A stretch of DNA of 64,000 nt from Malacoraja senta (lineage: Eukaryota). Position numbers and translations under genes: made by a program. Location of the stretch: NCBI GenBank assembly GCA_038087875.1, contig CM075993.1:1862001-1926000 (forward strand), given 5' to 3'. The first letter of the stretch is position 1. Each line of letters opens with the position of its first letter. Below are positions 49,949 through 64,000 of the stretch, in pieces. Under the pieces are notes generated by a model. It was not told the origin of the DNA and did no database searches. It worked only from the letters and a program-made list of their open reading frames with translations.

Positions 49949-52900
49949 GAGTGTTAGCATTGCCCTAAGCGGCTAAGGATTCCCCGCCAAGTGTAACTTT
50001 GCCCGAGCTTAGGATGAGAGGGTGAATTGTTTTTGTGAAAGAAAATTCAGGTGAGTTTACGTCCGCAAAATGGGATCCAGTGGGAATGAATATTAATACA
50101 GCCCGGCGTTATTGAAACAAGAGGTGGAGTTTTGTCGTGAAATGCAAAATCTATTCGCCGATAGTTACTAACGTTTGTTTTAGCCAGGCTAGCGTTTGCA
50201 TTCAAATTCAAATTGACCAAGAATTCGAATTGTTTTCAAGAGAGAGTTAGATTCCGCTCTCTTAGGGCTAATGGAATCAAGGGATATGGGGGGGGGGGGG
50301 GGGGGGGGGAAGCAGGAACGGGATACTGATTTTGGATGATCAGCCATGATCATATTGATTGACTGTGCTGGCTCGAAGGGCCGAATGGCCTACTCCTGCA
50401 TCTACATAGATGTACAGGTTTGAAGGTTAATTGGCTTGTTATAAGTGTAAATTGTCCCTAGTGTGAGCGGGGATCGCTGGTCGGTGTGGACTCGGTGGGC
50501 CGAAGGGCCTGTTTCTGCGCTGTATCTCGAAACTAAATTTTCTATGTTTCTATGACTCAATTTGGAAGGGCTTTTTAGAGTAAACTTTATTCAAGAAGAA
50601 GTAGAATGTTGGAGGTCCCAAAACGTCACCCATTCCTTCTCTCCAGAGATGCTGCCTGTCCCACTGAGTTACTCCAGCACTTGGTGGTGTTCGAGGCATT
50701 TAATTACATTACATGTTCTTTGTGGAAACATATCATTCAGCCCAACATCCTGCTGTTTCTATCCACTCCCGCTTTTCAGCTATGCTTGGCCAGGCCGACC
50801 TCTGTGAGATTCTTTGCCACAGAAGGCTGTGGAGGCCGAGTCAATGGATATTTTTAAGCAGAGATAGATAGATTCTTGATTAGTGCGGGTGTCAGGGGTT
50901 ACGGGGAGAAGGCAGGAGAATGGGGTTAGGAGGGAGAGATAGATCAGCCATGATTGAATGGCGGAACAGACTTGATGGGCTGAATAGCCCGATTCTGCTC
51001 CTATCACTTGTGACCTTATTGACCTTACGAGCCTGCAACGCTGTCAGGACAACAGGCCTTCATGGTCAGATCAACTGTAGTGGAGGCAGTCAGAACCTTC
51101 CTCCTCAGGGTGGAAGTGGCCAACATTCGAGGGCACAGCTATAAGGTGAGAGGGGGTAAATTTAATGGAGATACACAGGGAGTGTTTTTTTACACAGAGG
51201 GTGGTGGGTGCCTGGAACGAGCTGCCTGGGATGGTGATGGAGGCAGATTCAATAGAGGCGTGTAAGAGGTTTTTAGACAGGCACATGGAAGTGCAGTGAT
51301 ATCTATAATGTACAGGGAGATGTGATCAGTCGAACTTTGGCAACATGTTCAGCACTAACATTGAGGGCTGAATGGCCTGTTCCTGTGCTGTACTGTTCCA
51401 TGTTCTATATATTGCTCTGTAGAGGGGCTTAAAGGCATACTCTTGCCCCAAATTTGTTTCCTTGTTCGTTCCCCATTTAGTAACTCGGTTCAATCCATAC
51501 CATTGTGGGACCGCATTTGTGGAGTGCACGGCTTCCTCAAAGGGCCGAATGGTCTCCTGCCGTGGAATAATAACATTGTGACAAGGTTGAAAAAGGAGGC
51601 CATGAAAACATTAAACTAAAGACGGAGATGAATATCTAGGTTGGGATGGATAGATTAGTCGCCAAACTAAGGAAAAGGCATCAAGGCCGTTTCGAAGCGA
51701 AACTTAACACAAAATAAAATGGATGTGCCTTCTGATATTTTTGACTTGTAGATTGAGATTTGCAACGTACGTTTTGATGCCTAAGACCCAATCTCAGTTG
51801 AAAGTTGTGCGCAAATGAAGAAAGTAAGTGAAAGGGAACACGAGTGATCTCTTGGAATATTTGATGCTCAGATGATATCTTTGATGTTTTATTTGAGTTG
51901 GTCGTCTCTTCGGGGAGATTGAGTGCAGTGGGAACCAAGTGTTACATGGTCTATTGAGGCAGGGCTTTCACAGATCAGGGGATATCAGCTCCTTGATAGT
52001 CTGCCGAGCAGTGTAAAGGCAAGATCAGTAATGAGTATGTTTATTTAAGACGTTTTAGTGAAATGGTTTGATGTGGGGAAGATCCAGGCATGAGTTTGCA
52101 GGAGATATTCTGGAGCATTCACAACAGTGCCAGCAATCAGTTGACAGGACCATTCGGCCCATCATGCCGAAGCCAGCTTGTTTAAAGAGCTGATTCTTGC
52201 CCCAGTCACCGTGGCAAGAAATAAAAATGGTATTTTGTGATATTTGAAGAGATTACCGAGAACTTCTCCTTGTTATCGGACACAAGCAACGCAATGACAT
52301 CATGGAGATGTTATACTACATATCATTTCCACAAAAATTGGAGAAACAAGGAACTGCAGATGCCGGAATCTTGAGCAAAACACAAAGTGCTGGAGTAATT
52401 CAACACTTTGTGTTATGAAGGATCAGAAGGGTGCAGATCGGAAACGCCACCTGCCCATGGCCTCCAGAGATGCTACCCGACCTGCTCAATTATTCCAGCT
52501 CTGTCTTTTGCGCAGTTCCCAAAAAAATTTGCCCTAATTCATTCAATGACATGTTATAGTTTAGTTTAGAGATACAGCACAGAAACAGGCCCTTCGGCCC
52601 ACCGTGTCCTCGCCGACCAGCGATCCCCGCACACGAAGACTATCCTACACACACTAGGGACAATTTACAGTTATACCAAGCCAATTAGCCTACAAACCTG
52701 TATGATTGGGGATGATCAGCCATGATCACATTGAATGGCGGTGCTGGCTCGAAGGGCTGAATGGCCTACTCCTGCACCTATTGTCTTCTTCTCCGAGATC
52801 TTCAATTTCCTCCCACACTCCAAAGACGTACAGGTTTGTAGGTTAATTTGACTTGGTACAAATGTAAAATTGTCCGTAGTGTGTGTCGGATAGCGTTAGT

Positions 52901-53720
52901 GTGTGGGGATCGCTGGTCGATGCAGACGTGAAGGGCCGAAGGGCCTGTTTCTGCGCTGTATCTCCAAACTAAACTGAAAACGAATTGAAGGCGAAAAAGA
53001 CCAAATAACTGGCAGTGATTCAGATGGATGAAGCCAAGTCAAGTTTATTGTCAAATGCATAACCGATGTGCGGTCCAGGTACAATGAATATCTTGCAGTA
53101 ATATCAAAGGCAAAGAGACTCACAGAAACAAATTATACACAAATTATGCCTAAATGACACATTAAATTTCTAAACGAAAGACTGTGCAGAAGAACAAGAC
53201 ATTAGTGGAAAACACAATTAGAAGAAAAATCATTATAAAACAATTTAGAGACACAGAAGGTATAAAGACAACTCCCAACAACGTTAGAGTTGGCAGGTTA
53301 ATTCTTTGCTGTAAACGGTCTCTCGTGAGTAGATGAGGAGTCGAATCTGGGCAGAGTCGATGGGAATTAAAAGCAAAATTAGATGAGTGTGAATGTGTGC
53401 TTGATATTGAATGAATGGGCCGAAGGGTCTCGAGCCGAAACGTCAACCATTCCTTCTCTCCAGAGATGCTGTCTGTCCCGCTGAGTTACTCCAGCATTTT
53501 GTGTCTATCTTTGGTTTAAACCCGCATCTGCAGTTCCTTCCTGCACCCTAACTGTCCTTCCAAGCCCCTTCCCCCTCTGCTCCAAACAGTCCGAGGAAGG
53601 GTCCCGGCCCCAAACATATTCGGTCCATTCCCGCCCCAGTCGCTGCCGGAGCCTCTGAGTTCCTCCAGCACTTTCTTCTTGATCAAGCTTCCAGCTAATC
53701 TCTCGAATCGCCAAAGAGAT

Positions 53721-54712
<992 letters not shown>

Positions 54713-54904
54713 ATGAGAAATTACCAGAGAGTGCAGCCAGCACAGAGATGTGGAAAGGCACCAGACCGAAGAAAGGTCTCGACCCAAAACGTCACCCATC
54801 CCTTCTCTCCAGAGATGCTGCCTGCCCCGCTGAGTTACTCCAGCTTTTTGTGCCTATCTTTGGTGTAAACCAGCATCTGCAGTTCCTTCCCACACTCCGT
54901 GCCT

Positions 54905-55140
54905 AGATTCAACGTTTCAAGATTCAAGAGAGTTTATTGTCATGTGTCCCAGATAGGACAATGAAATTCTTGCTTTGCTTCAGCACAACAGGATATAGAC
55001 GGCATGAATACAGAACAGATCAGTGTGTCCATATACCATTATATAAATATATACACACGTGAATAAATAAAACAGATCAAGTGCAAATAAACTGATAATG
55101 GGCCATTAATGTTCAGAGTTTTGTTCGAGTTGAGTTCAAT
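54905..55140 (-). mobile_element. Rex1/Babar-type LINE 3'UTR
   Basis: Closely similar to 1376-1590. Confidence 0.8.
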
Positions 55141-55539
55141 ACTTGTTTCAACGTTGTATGAATCTTTCTGTTTTTGGATGAGGATTATCAGATGGACTGA
55201 TGCAGGGTTTCTGGAAGATTTCAGGACTCGTGCAAACACAAACGGGAAGAGTTAACACTTATTGCTCGCCGTCACAGACTTCAATTCATAATCCAGAGAG
55301 CGGTGATGATTTTTATAATGGAGCTGCTGAGGATTCCTGAATTATTTAAGGATCCTTGGCTTCAGGCCGTTTGATTTTAGCAAAGTGAAGACATTCACGT
55401 GAACGCAGGGGCAGTCTGATGTCAGGCGAAAGGTTCAACGTTCTCATATCTGACGGCCAGCGCTCTCTGGCCTTCATAGCACGATGTCCAATTTGATTGA
55501 TTGAAAGATACAGCATGGAAACAGGTCATAATGTCATGT

Positions 55540-55957
55540 GATACGAGTAGAATTAGGCCATTCGGCCCATCAAGTCTACTCCGCCATTCCATCATGGCTG
55601 ATCTATCTCTCCCTCCTAACCCCATTCTCCTGCCTCCTCCCCATAACCTCTGACACCCGTACTAATCAAGAATCTATCTATCTCTGCCTTAAGAATATCC
55701 ACTGACTTGGCCTCCACAGCCGTCTGTGGCAAAGAATTCCACAGATTCACCACCCATTGACCAAAGAAATTCCTCCTCATCTCTTTCCTAAAAGAACGTC
55801 CTTTAACTCTGAGGCTGTGACCTCTAGTCCTAGACTCTCCCACTAGTGGAAACATCCTCTCCACATCCACTCTATCCAAGCCTTTCACTATTCTGTACGT
55901 TTGAATGAGGTCCCCCCCCCTCATTCTTCTAAACTCCAGCGAGTACAGGCCCAGTGC
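55540..55957 (-). mobile_element. CR1-type LINE 3' fragment
   Basis: MRGGDLIQTYRIVKGLDRVDVERMFPLVGESRTRGH. Confidence 0.9.
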
Positions 55958-56231
55958 CTACAAAGGCTCATCCTTCGGCCCACTGAGTCCACGCGGAACA
56001 TCGATCACCCTGGTTCTGTGTTATCCCACAACCTTCACACTCTTTGTGTAAGAAGGAACTGCAGGTGCCGGTTTAAATGGAAGGTAGACACAAAGTGCTG
56101 GAGTAACTGAGCGGGTTAGGCAGCACCTCTGGAGAAAAGGCATGGCCGGCGTTTCGGGTCGAGACCCTTCTTCAGACCGAGACCCATTATCTCTAAAGTA
56201 CACATCCCATGATGCAGCCATAATACCTAGT

Positions 56232-56626
<395 letters not shown>

Positions 56627-59600
56627 CAAGTCAAAACTGCAAACTTTTAATGGATTAAAAAAAAAATTAACACCAAGCTGAAACTCCAAGCATTCAATTG
56701 GAAACTTTGAGCAAAACTTTCGTTTTGTATTCATTTGTGATAGATCTAATAAGTAGAACTTGGAATAAATAACTTGGAACTGAATGTTATTGTTCAATCG
56801 TCTAACAGCCTGAATAAATCTTTTAAACAGAAGCATAGCAGCATAATAAAGTAAACAGTTCAATAATTAATGATCCAGAAATGACTTTTTCTGGATTTTT
56901 TAGCGCATAAAAGGGACATTTAATTTTCCTCCCAATTTGAGTAAGAAAGAGGAAATATCTTAGAGGGTAATTCATAACAATAAGAAATTAGCATTACAAA
57001 TCTATTATTTTTTTAACTTATAGATATAGATAGATAGATATTCTAGACAGTAACTTCGACACAAAATGACTGCATTTACATCAGCCTCTCATCATTAAGA
57101 ATGATGTGATCTTCAGTTTACATTTTCCTCCTGTGGTATACATTGTTAATTATTTAAAAGTGTTTTAAATATTTCAACAAAATTGAATGAATTAGAATTT
57201 TTTTTAATTTTTTTTTAAAGTATTCATCTCATTTTTAGTCATGTAGCTTCATGCTTAAGATCTGCAGGTCACTTCCCGGGAGGATAACAGGGACAACGGA
57301 CAATCTTAACAGGACCTTTCTAAGAAAAATATACCAACTACTTTGGGGACAACACAATGGCTCAGCGGTAGAGTTGCTGCCTTACAGCGCCAGGGACCCG
57401 GGTTCGACCCAAACTCTCGGGTGCTGTCGGATTCTGGAGTACCTCGGTGGGTCAGGCAGCATCTCTGGAGAACACGGATAGGTGGCGTTTTGAGTCAGAA
57501 TACTTCTTCAAACTGAAGCATCACCTAAGTTAGACACCAAATGCTGGAGTAACTCAGCAGGACAGGCAGTATCTCTGGATGGATGGAAGGAATGGGTGAC
57601 GTTTCGGGTCGAGACCCTTCTTCAGACTAAAACTAACCACTGATTGTTGCAAAACCAGAGTTACTTTTATTTGAGAATTGTTTAATATTACACAGATCTT
57701 ATTGAAACATATAAGATTATTAAGGGTTTGGACGCGCTAGAGGCAGGAAACATGCTCCCGATGTTGGGGGGAGTCCAGAATGAGGGGCCACAGTTTAAGA
57801 ATAACGGGTAGGCCATTTAGAACGGAGATAAGGAAAAACTTTTTCAAAGGAAGAGTCGAGACCCTTCTTCTGACAAGACCTGAAACGTCACCCATTCCTT
57901 CTCTCCAGAGATGCTGCCTGACCCGCTTAGTTACTCCAGCACTTTGTGTCTATCTTCGGTGTAAAACAGCATCTGCAGTTCCTTCCTGCACACAGCATCT
58001 CTGGAGAACGTGGATAGGCGATGTTTTGGGTCAGGAAAGGTCCCGCCCCCCCGGAAGGGTCTCGACCCGAAACGTCACCTATTCCCTCGCTCCATAGATG
58101 CTGCCTCACCCGCTGAGTTTCTCCAGCTTTTTTGTCCACCTTCGATTTTTCCAGCATCTGCAGTTCTTTCTTAAACATTTTGTGTGTAGATACATGATCA
58201 GGGAATAAGGTGCAGAAGCCTGAGAGTGGAGGGGAAGAGGCTGTTTTTTGAGTCCGACGTCTCTTCAAGCTGCTTTAGCAATCAGCAGGATCAGAACTAA
58301 CCCTCAGCTGTTGTTCCACGTTCTTGCCCATTGATCCGTTCCCCTAGAGCCCAAAGGTCTAGCGATCTCAAGCCTGAAAACGTTCAAAGATTGCAAAGTC
58401 TTCCTGAGACCGATGAAGAGCTTGTTAACTGTTTGTGGCCAGTCAGGGGATTTTGTTTGCCTTCCTGCATACTAATCATTTACTCTACGTTAGAGGAGCA
58501 GCTTTGAAATGGAACTTCTACACAACATGTCCATGCCGACCATCGATCGCCCGCTCCCACTAGTTCTATGTTATCCCACTTTCTCATCCACTCCCTACAC
58601 ACTTGGGGAAATTGGATCGAGTGGATGTGGAGAGAATGTTTTCACTAGTGGGAGAGTCTAGGACCGGAGGGCATCTCCTCTGAATTAAAGGACGTTCCTA
58701 CAGGAAGGAGATGAAGAGGAATTTCTTTAGTCAGAGGGTGATGAATCTGTGGAATTCTTTGCCACTGAAGGCTGCGGAGGCCAAGTCAGTGGGTATTTTT
58801 AAGGCCGAGAGAGATAGATTCTTGAAGAGTATGGGTGTCAGAGGTTATAGGGAGAAGGCTGGAGAATGGGGTTAGGAGGGAGAGATAGATCAACCATGAT
58901 TGATTGGACTTGATGGGCCGAATGGCCTAATTCTGCTCCTATCACTCATGGCTTATGACAATTTTACAGATGCCAATCAACCTACAAACTCGCACGTCTT
59001 TGGGATATGGGAGGAAACTAGAGCACCCGGAGGAAACCTGCGTCACGGGGAGAAGGTGCAAACTCCACACAGACAGCACCCGTGGCCAGGATCAAACTCG
59101 GGTCTCTGGCGCTGTGAGGCTGTGAGGCTGCAGCTCTCCAGGCTGAGCCCCTTTGCTGTTCATTCTAAATGGACAATCCCTGGTTACAGTCCGTACTGAT
59201 GGACACTGTTTCTCCGATGGAAGTGGGTATGAATCTAGTACAATTTCACCGCCCATTAGACCCGATTTAGAAAATTATATTTATGAATACTTAATCTGAT
59301 TGTGTATCGACCGTTAATATTCCCAATTTAGACGGGCTGTTACATCGATTTGTTTGGAGAATGTCACATTACATGTTTTGTCTTTGTCCGCAAACAGTAT
59401 AAAATCCTTAATATTATTAAAGTTATCGATTCTGAGTCTTGGTGAGTATGCAATTGAAAACAGAGCACCACTATCACCACCTTGCATGGGACCTTCTTTC
59501 AATTCAAGATCATTCCTTCTGTGATGTCAGTAAAACTAACAAAGGTAGACAAAAATGCTGGAGAAACTCAGTGGGACAGGCAGCATCTATGGAGCGAAGG

Positions 59601-59704
59601 AATGGGTGACGTTTCGGGTCGAGACCCTTCTTCAGACTAAAACTAACCACTGATTGTTGCAAAACCAGAGTTACTTTTATTTGAGAATTGTTTAATATTA
59701 CACA

Positions 59705-60075
59705 GATCTTATTGAAACATATAAGATTATTAAGGGATTGGACACGCTGGAGGCAGAAAACATGTTCCCGATGTTGGGGGAGTCCAGAATGAGGGGCCAC
59801 AGTTTAAGAATAAAAGGTAGGCCATTTAGAACGGAGACGAGGAAACACTTTTTCACCCGGATAGTTGTGAGTCTGTGGAATTCTCTGCCTTGGAAGGCAG
59901 TGGAGGCCAATTGTCTGGATGCTTTCAAGAGAGAGTTAGATAGAGCTCTTAAAGATAGCGGAGTCAGGGGATATGGGGAGAAGGCAGGAACGGGGTACTG
60001 ATTGGGGATGATCAGCCATGATCACAGTGAATGGCGGTGCTGGCTCGAGGGCCTAATGGCCTACTCCTATCGTCT
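59705..60075 (+). mobile_element. CR1-type LINE 3' fragment
   Basis: DTLEAENMFPMLGESRMRGHSLRIKG...GYGEKAGTGY and UTR. Confidence 0.9.
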
Positions 60076-61427
60076 ATTAATGGCCGCATTACATTGATAA
60101 TACCAGTGATTTTCTTTGCTGTTAGGTGAAGCTCATTTTCCAGTTATCAAGAGAATTAGGCGCGAGCCTGCCTTGTACCTACGTCGGACAGTGGGAATTT
60201 TCCAAAGCCTGAGCATTTTCGCTGGTGCTCTGCAAAGTGGTCCAGTGTAGAGTTGCTGCCTCACAGCGCCGGCGACCCGGGTTCAATCCTGACCACGGAT
60301 GCCATCCGCACGGAGTTTGTACGTTCTCCCTGTGACCGCGTGGGTTTTCTCCGGGAGCTCCTGGTTTCCTTCCACACTCCAAAGACGTACAGGTTTGTAG
60401 GTTAATTGGCTTGGTGTTAAAGTAAAACTGTCCCTAGTGTGTGTGTGTGTGTAGGGTAGAGTAGAGTCAATGATCGGGGATCGCTGGTCGGTGAGGACCC
60501 GGTGGCCCGTTTCCGCGCTGTATCTTGAAAACTAAACGAAACTATCAAAGCTCACTGCTCCTGCCTTACGCAATACAGCTCACGTTGGTTGCCAATTCGT
60601 TTCGAGTCCAGGGACTCAACAAGAACTGAACAATTACAGGAGGAAAAGATAAAGCTTATTAGTTTTAAAGGGCTGGAACGACTATCAGTCAGTTGCAGTG
60701 ATCGGGGTAATAACACACACACACTGTACCGATGCCATCTAACAGTATGGTACTCTTTTCTGCAAACACTCTCCTACATGTCAGAGAAAACCCACGTGGT
60801 CACGGGGAGAACCTACAAACTCCGTATAGACAGCACCCGTAGTTGGGATCGAACCCGGGTCTCCGGCGCTGCATGCTACCGCTGCGCCACCATGGGCCGA
60901 GTGGCCTGTTTCCACGCTGTATCTCTGAACTAAACTAAACTAAAGATGGGCACAATTCTTGCCTATCATTGTCCACACTTAAACGCAGTGAATGTTTGGG
61001 ATTTCAACTTACTGAGGGGAAGACAGCAGTTGGTTTAAACTTTGGCTAAGCAAATACAGTATAAATAGTTTAGTTTAGTTTATTGTGAAAAGCTTTTTGT
61101 TGAGTGCTATCCAGTCAGCTAAAACACCATACATGGTTACAATCGAGTCGTCCACAGGTGGAGAGTCTCGACCCGAAACGTCACCCATTCCGTTCTCTCC
61201 AGAGATGCTGCCTGTCCCGCTGAGTCACTCCACCATTTTGTGTCTGTCTTCGGTTGAAACCAGCATCCGCAGTTCCTCACTACACATTGACCATTGAATA
61301 TTGAGGAGAACGTGCAAACTCCACAAAGGCAGCGGAGGTCAGGTTTGAACCATCCCAACAGCAACATTAGCTGTATCACTGTACGACCCAGTACAGCCCA
61401 TAGTACGGGATGTTTCACAATTCAATA

Positions 61428-61730
61428 GTTTAGTTTGGAGACACAGCGCGGAAATCCTTCGGCCCACCGAGTCCGCACCAACCAGCGACCCCCGCACATT
61501 AACACTATCCTACACACTAGGGACAATTTATATTTTATACCGAAGCCAATTAACTTGAAAACTTGCACGTCTTTGGAGTGTGGGAGGAAACTGAACATCT
61601 CGGAGAAAACCCAGGCAGGTCACGGGGAGATCGTGCAAACTCCGCACAGACAGCTCCTGCGGTCGGGATCGAACCTGGGTCCCCGGCGCTGTGAGGCAGC
61701 AACTCTACTGCTGCGCCACCGTGCTGCCCT
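61428..61730 (-). mobile_element. V-SINE (HE1-like)
   Basis: Full-length reverse copy. Confidence 0.85.
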
Positions 61731-62093
61731 AGTCCAGCAACTTAATCTTTGCATCTCCATCACTATAACTTACGCAAAAGAATAAATACATCATAAATGA
61801 TAGTACAATATAAACTTCCCCGACTAAATATATAAAATACCTATTCTCTATAAAGATGATATTCTGTCCCTCAGGCATAACACCAATTTAAAACATTCAA
61901 TATTTATACAAGCAATTGATTCACAACTATTCAAATCTATACAGACTAAATTGATCTGGAAGTGAAATACTGCAGCTGATGGCATTTTCTAAAAGTCATT
62001 TTCAGGATCTGGGGTTTTTGTTGCTAAGCCAGCATTTATTGCCATTCCCTGTATGATCTTGTGAATCTGATGCTGGGCCAACTTAGTCCGAGA

Positions 62094-62490
62094 GTAGGCT
62101 TGCCAACTTTCTCGCTCCCAAATAAGGGACAAAAGGTCAAAACACGGGACAAATTCCCGACGGCAATTCGTTGACCGACTGGGCCGTGGCTGGGTGAATG
62201 ACGAGTTGGCCCGGGTGCTGGACTGCACACAAAGCCCAGCCGGCGGGGCCAGCTGGGGAGTTTGGGCCGGGCCGGGCGATGTCGCTCGCCCCACCCAACT
62301 CATGAACCGATGATCGGCCGTGAGAAGGAGGGGTGATGATGTTGGCGGTTAGCGAAGGACGGACAGCTGGCCGGGCTGCCGACCGACCGACGGGGCCACA
62401 GGCGAGGTGCTGCTGCTGCACTCCATGGGCTGCACAACGTCGGGACGGGTGAGGCGGGGCCGGACGTGACCCTCCGACCCGACAGTCCCC
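62094..62490. mobile_element. Possible hAT-type MITE left end (GC/CpG-rich)
   Basis: Starts TAGGCTTGCCAAC (resembles TAGGGTTGCCA hAT termini) with repeated GGGACAAA; no matching right TIR seen. Confidence 0.35.
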
Positions 62491-62788
62491 CTAACAGATT
62501 TCAAAGGAGAAGGGAGGACACCCAGAAGGCAATGTCCACAAGGCTACAAGGAGCAATGATCATTTCAGATTCTGATATCTCGACTTATTTTGCTTTTGAC
62601 TTAATAGATTCCTGGATTGATTAAGCGATGGAGACTTTCAGTCTGAAGAAAGGTCTCGACCCGAAACGTCACCCATTCCTTCTCCCCAGATATGCTGCCT
62701 GTCCCGCTGAGTTACTCCAACTTTATGTGTGTCTGTAAGGGATGAAGACAAGCAGGCTCAACTTCAAAGTTAAAAGTGGGAGGTTTAA

Positions 62789-63075
62789 AGGGCCTGTCCC
62801 ACTTCCGCGACTTTTTCAAACTTACCGAAAATGTTCAACATGTTGAAGATCCAGCGGCGACCAGAACAAGGTACGACACTTTGGGCGACTACTCACGACC
62901 ATACAGGCTTCACCCCGCGACATGTCACCTGTATGGTCGTGAGTAGTCTCCTAATCACCTAAAGAGTCGCAGCGTCTTTCTGGTCGACGCTGGATTTTCA
63001 CCATGTTGAAAATTTTCGGCGACCTTTGACGGTGCCGGCAGTCGCCGAAAAAGTAGCGCAAGTGGGACAGGCCCT
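62789..63075. mobile_element. PIF/Harbinger-type MITE (family A)
   Basis: TAA|AGGGCCTGTCCCACTT ... AAGTGGGACAGGCCCT|TAA; internal similarity to 23745-24080. Confidence 0.85.
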
Positions 63076-63598
63076 TAAAAGGGAACGTTGATGTTGAACA
63101 GGCAGCAAAATAATAGTGAGATCTGGCTGATTGCATTGAATTTCACCATAATCATGCGTATTCTTGTTAACTGCTCAAGAGATCAAATTGCACGTTTAAG
63201 CATACAAGCTATAATTAATTGGAATATTCCGTGCATGGTGCTGGCAGGACAAGTTTAAGTTGTTATGCCCTGGGTTAATGATTGATGTTAATTTAGTTTT
63301 CTAGTGCTGTCATGCTCATTAACTTCAGAATTATCCACTGACGTCGGCAAGATTTCAGTTTGAACAAAGGACAAAAATAAACTCAAGATGAGAACAAAAT
63401 CTCGGTGGTCGATAATTTATTTTAAAAACGCACTTGGCGTAATTATGTAGGAAGGAACTGCAGATGCTGGTTTAAACCGGAGACAGACACAAAATGCTGG
63501 AGTAACTCAGCGGGACAGGCAGCGACTCTGGAGGGAAGGAATGGGTGACGTTTCTGGTGCAGGCGAGTTGAGAGTTGAGGAGAATGTGGGTAGAATAA

Positions 63599-63853
63599 TG
63601 GGCCTGTCCCACTTACTCGGCTTTTTCAGCAACTTCCGGCACCCGTCATAGGTCGCCGAAAATTTCCAACATGTTGAAAATCCAGCGTCGACCAGAACAA
63701 GGTCGCGAGTCGTCTCCTCAGTCGCCCAAAGAGTCGAAGCGTCTTTCTGGTCACCGCTGGATTTTCAACATGTCGAAAATTTTCGCCGACCTGCAACGAC
63801 CTATGACGGGTGCCGGAAGTCGCTGAAAAAGTTGCGTAAGTGGGACAGGCCCG
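63599..63853. mobile_element. PIF/Harbinger-type MITE (family A)
   Basis: TAA|TGGGCCTGTCCCACTTAC ... GTAAGTGGGACAGGCCCG|TAA; palindromic. Confidence 0.85.
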
Positions 63854-64000
63854 TAAGTTAGAGCAAAAATTGTATTGTTCCAAGAACAAGCATGAACTCA
63901 ATGGGCCATATAGCTTCCTCTTTGGAATAAAGGATCAATACGAGTATCAGTTGTTTTTTTGTTGCATTGATGTTCTTTAAAGGCATGTCATACCATCCCA

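Noticed and set aside
51771..51830. Possible plus-strand exon (ttgtag...gtaagt)
   Set aside because: Stop codons in the frames examined and no homology recognised

Overview
Eukaryotic, repeat-dense vertebrate DNA. It is most likely from a cartilaginous fish (skate/ray/shark); this is an inference from abundant HE1-like V-SINEs and their CR1/HER1-type partner LINEs. No host protein-coding gene is recognisable, so the window is probably intronic or intergenic. Most of the sequence is nested mobile DNA: CR1, Rex1/Babar, L2 and L1 LINE fragments, tRNA-derived V-SINEs, one AFC-like CORE-SINE, PIF/Harbinger-type MITEs (TAA targets), a head-to-tail pair of non-autonomous Helitrons, and long microsatellites. 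It also contains a 5'-truncated Penelope-like element (PLE) with an open YIDD RT plus GIY-YIG ORF. The most notable signal is a large family of short PLE-terminus-derived elements carrying a minimal type-I hammerhead ribozyme motif (CUGA[A/U]GA-A-stem II-GAAACGU[C/U]). These occur as tiny TSD-flanked insertions, fold-backs, recurrent composite palindromes and 47/66-bp tandem arrays, and some are duplicated together with unique flanking DNA. Repeat boundaries were estimated by eye and are approximate.
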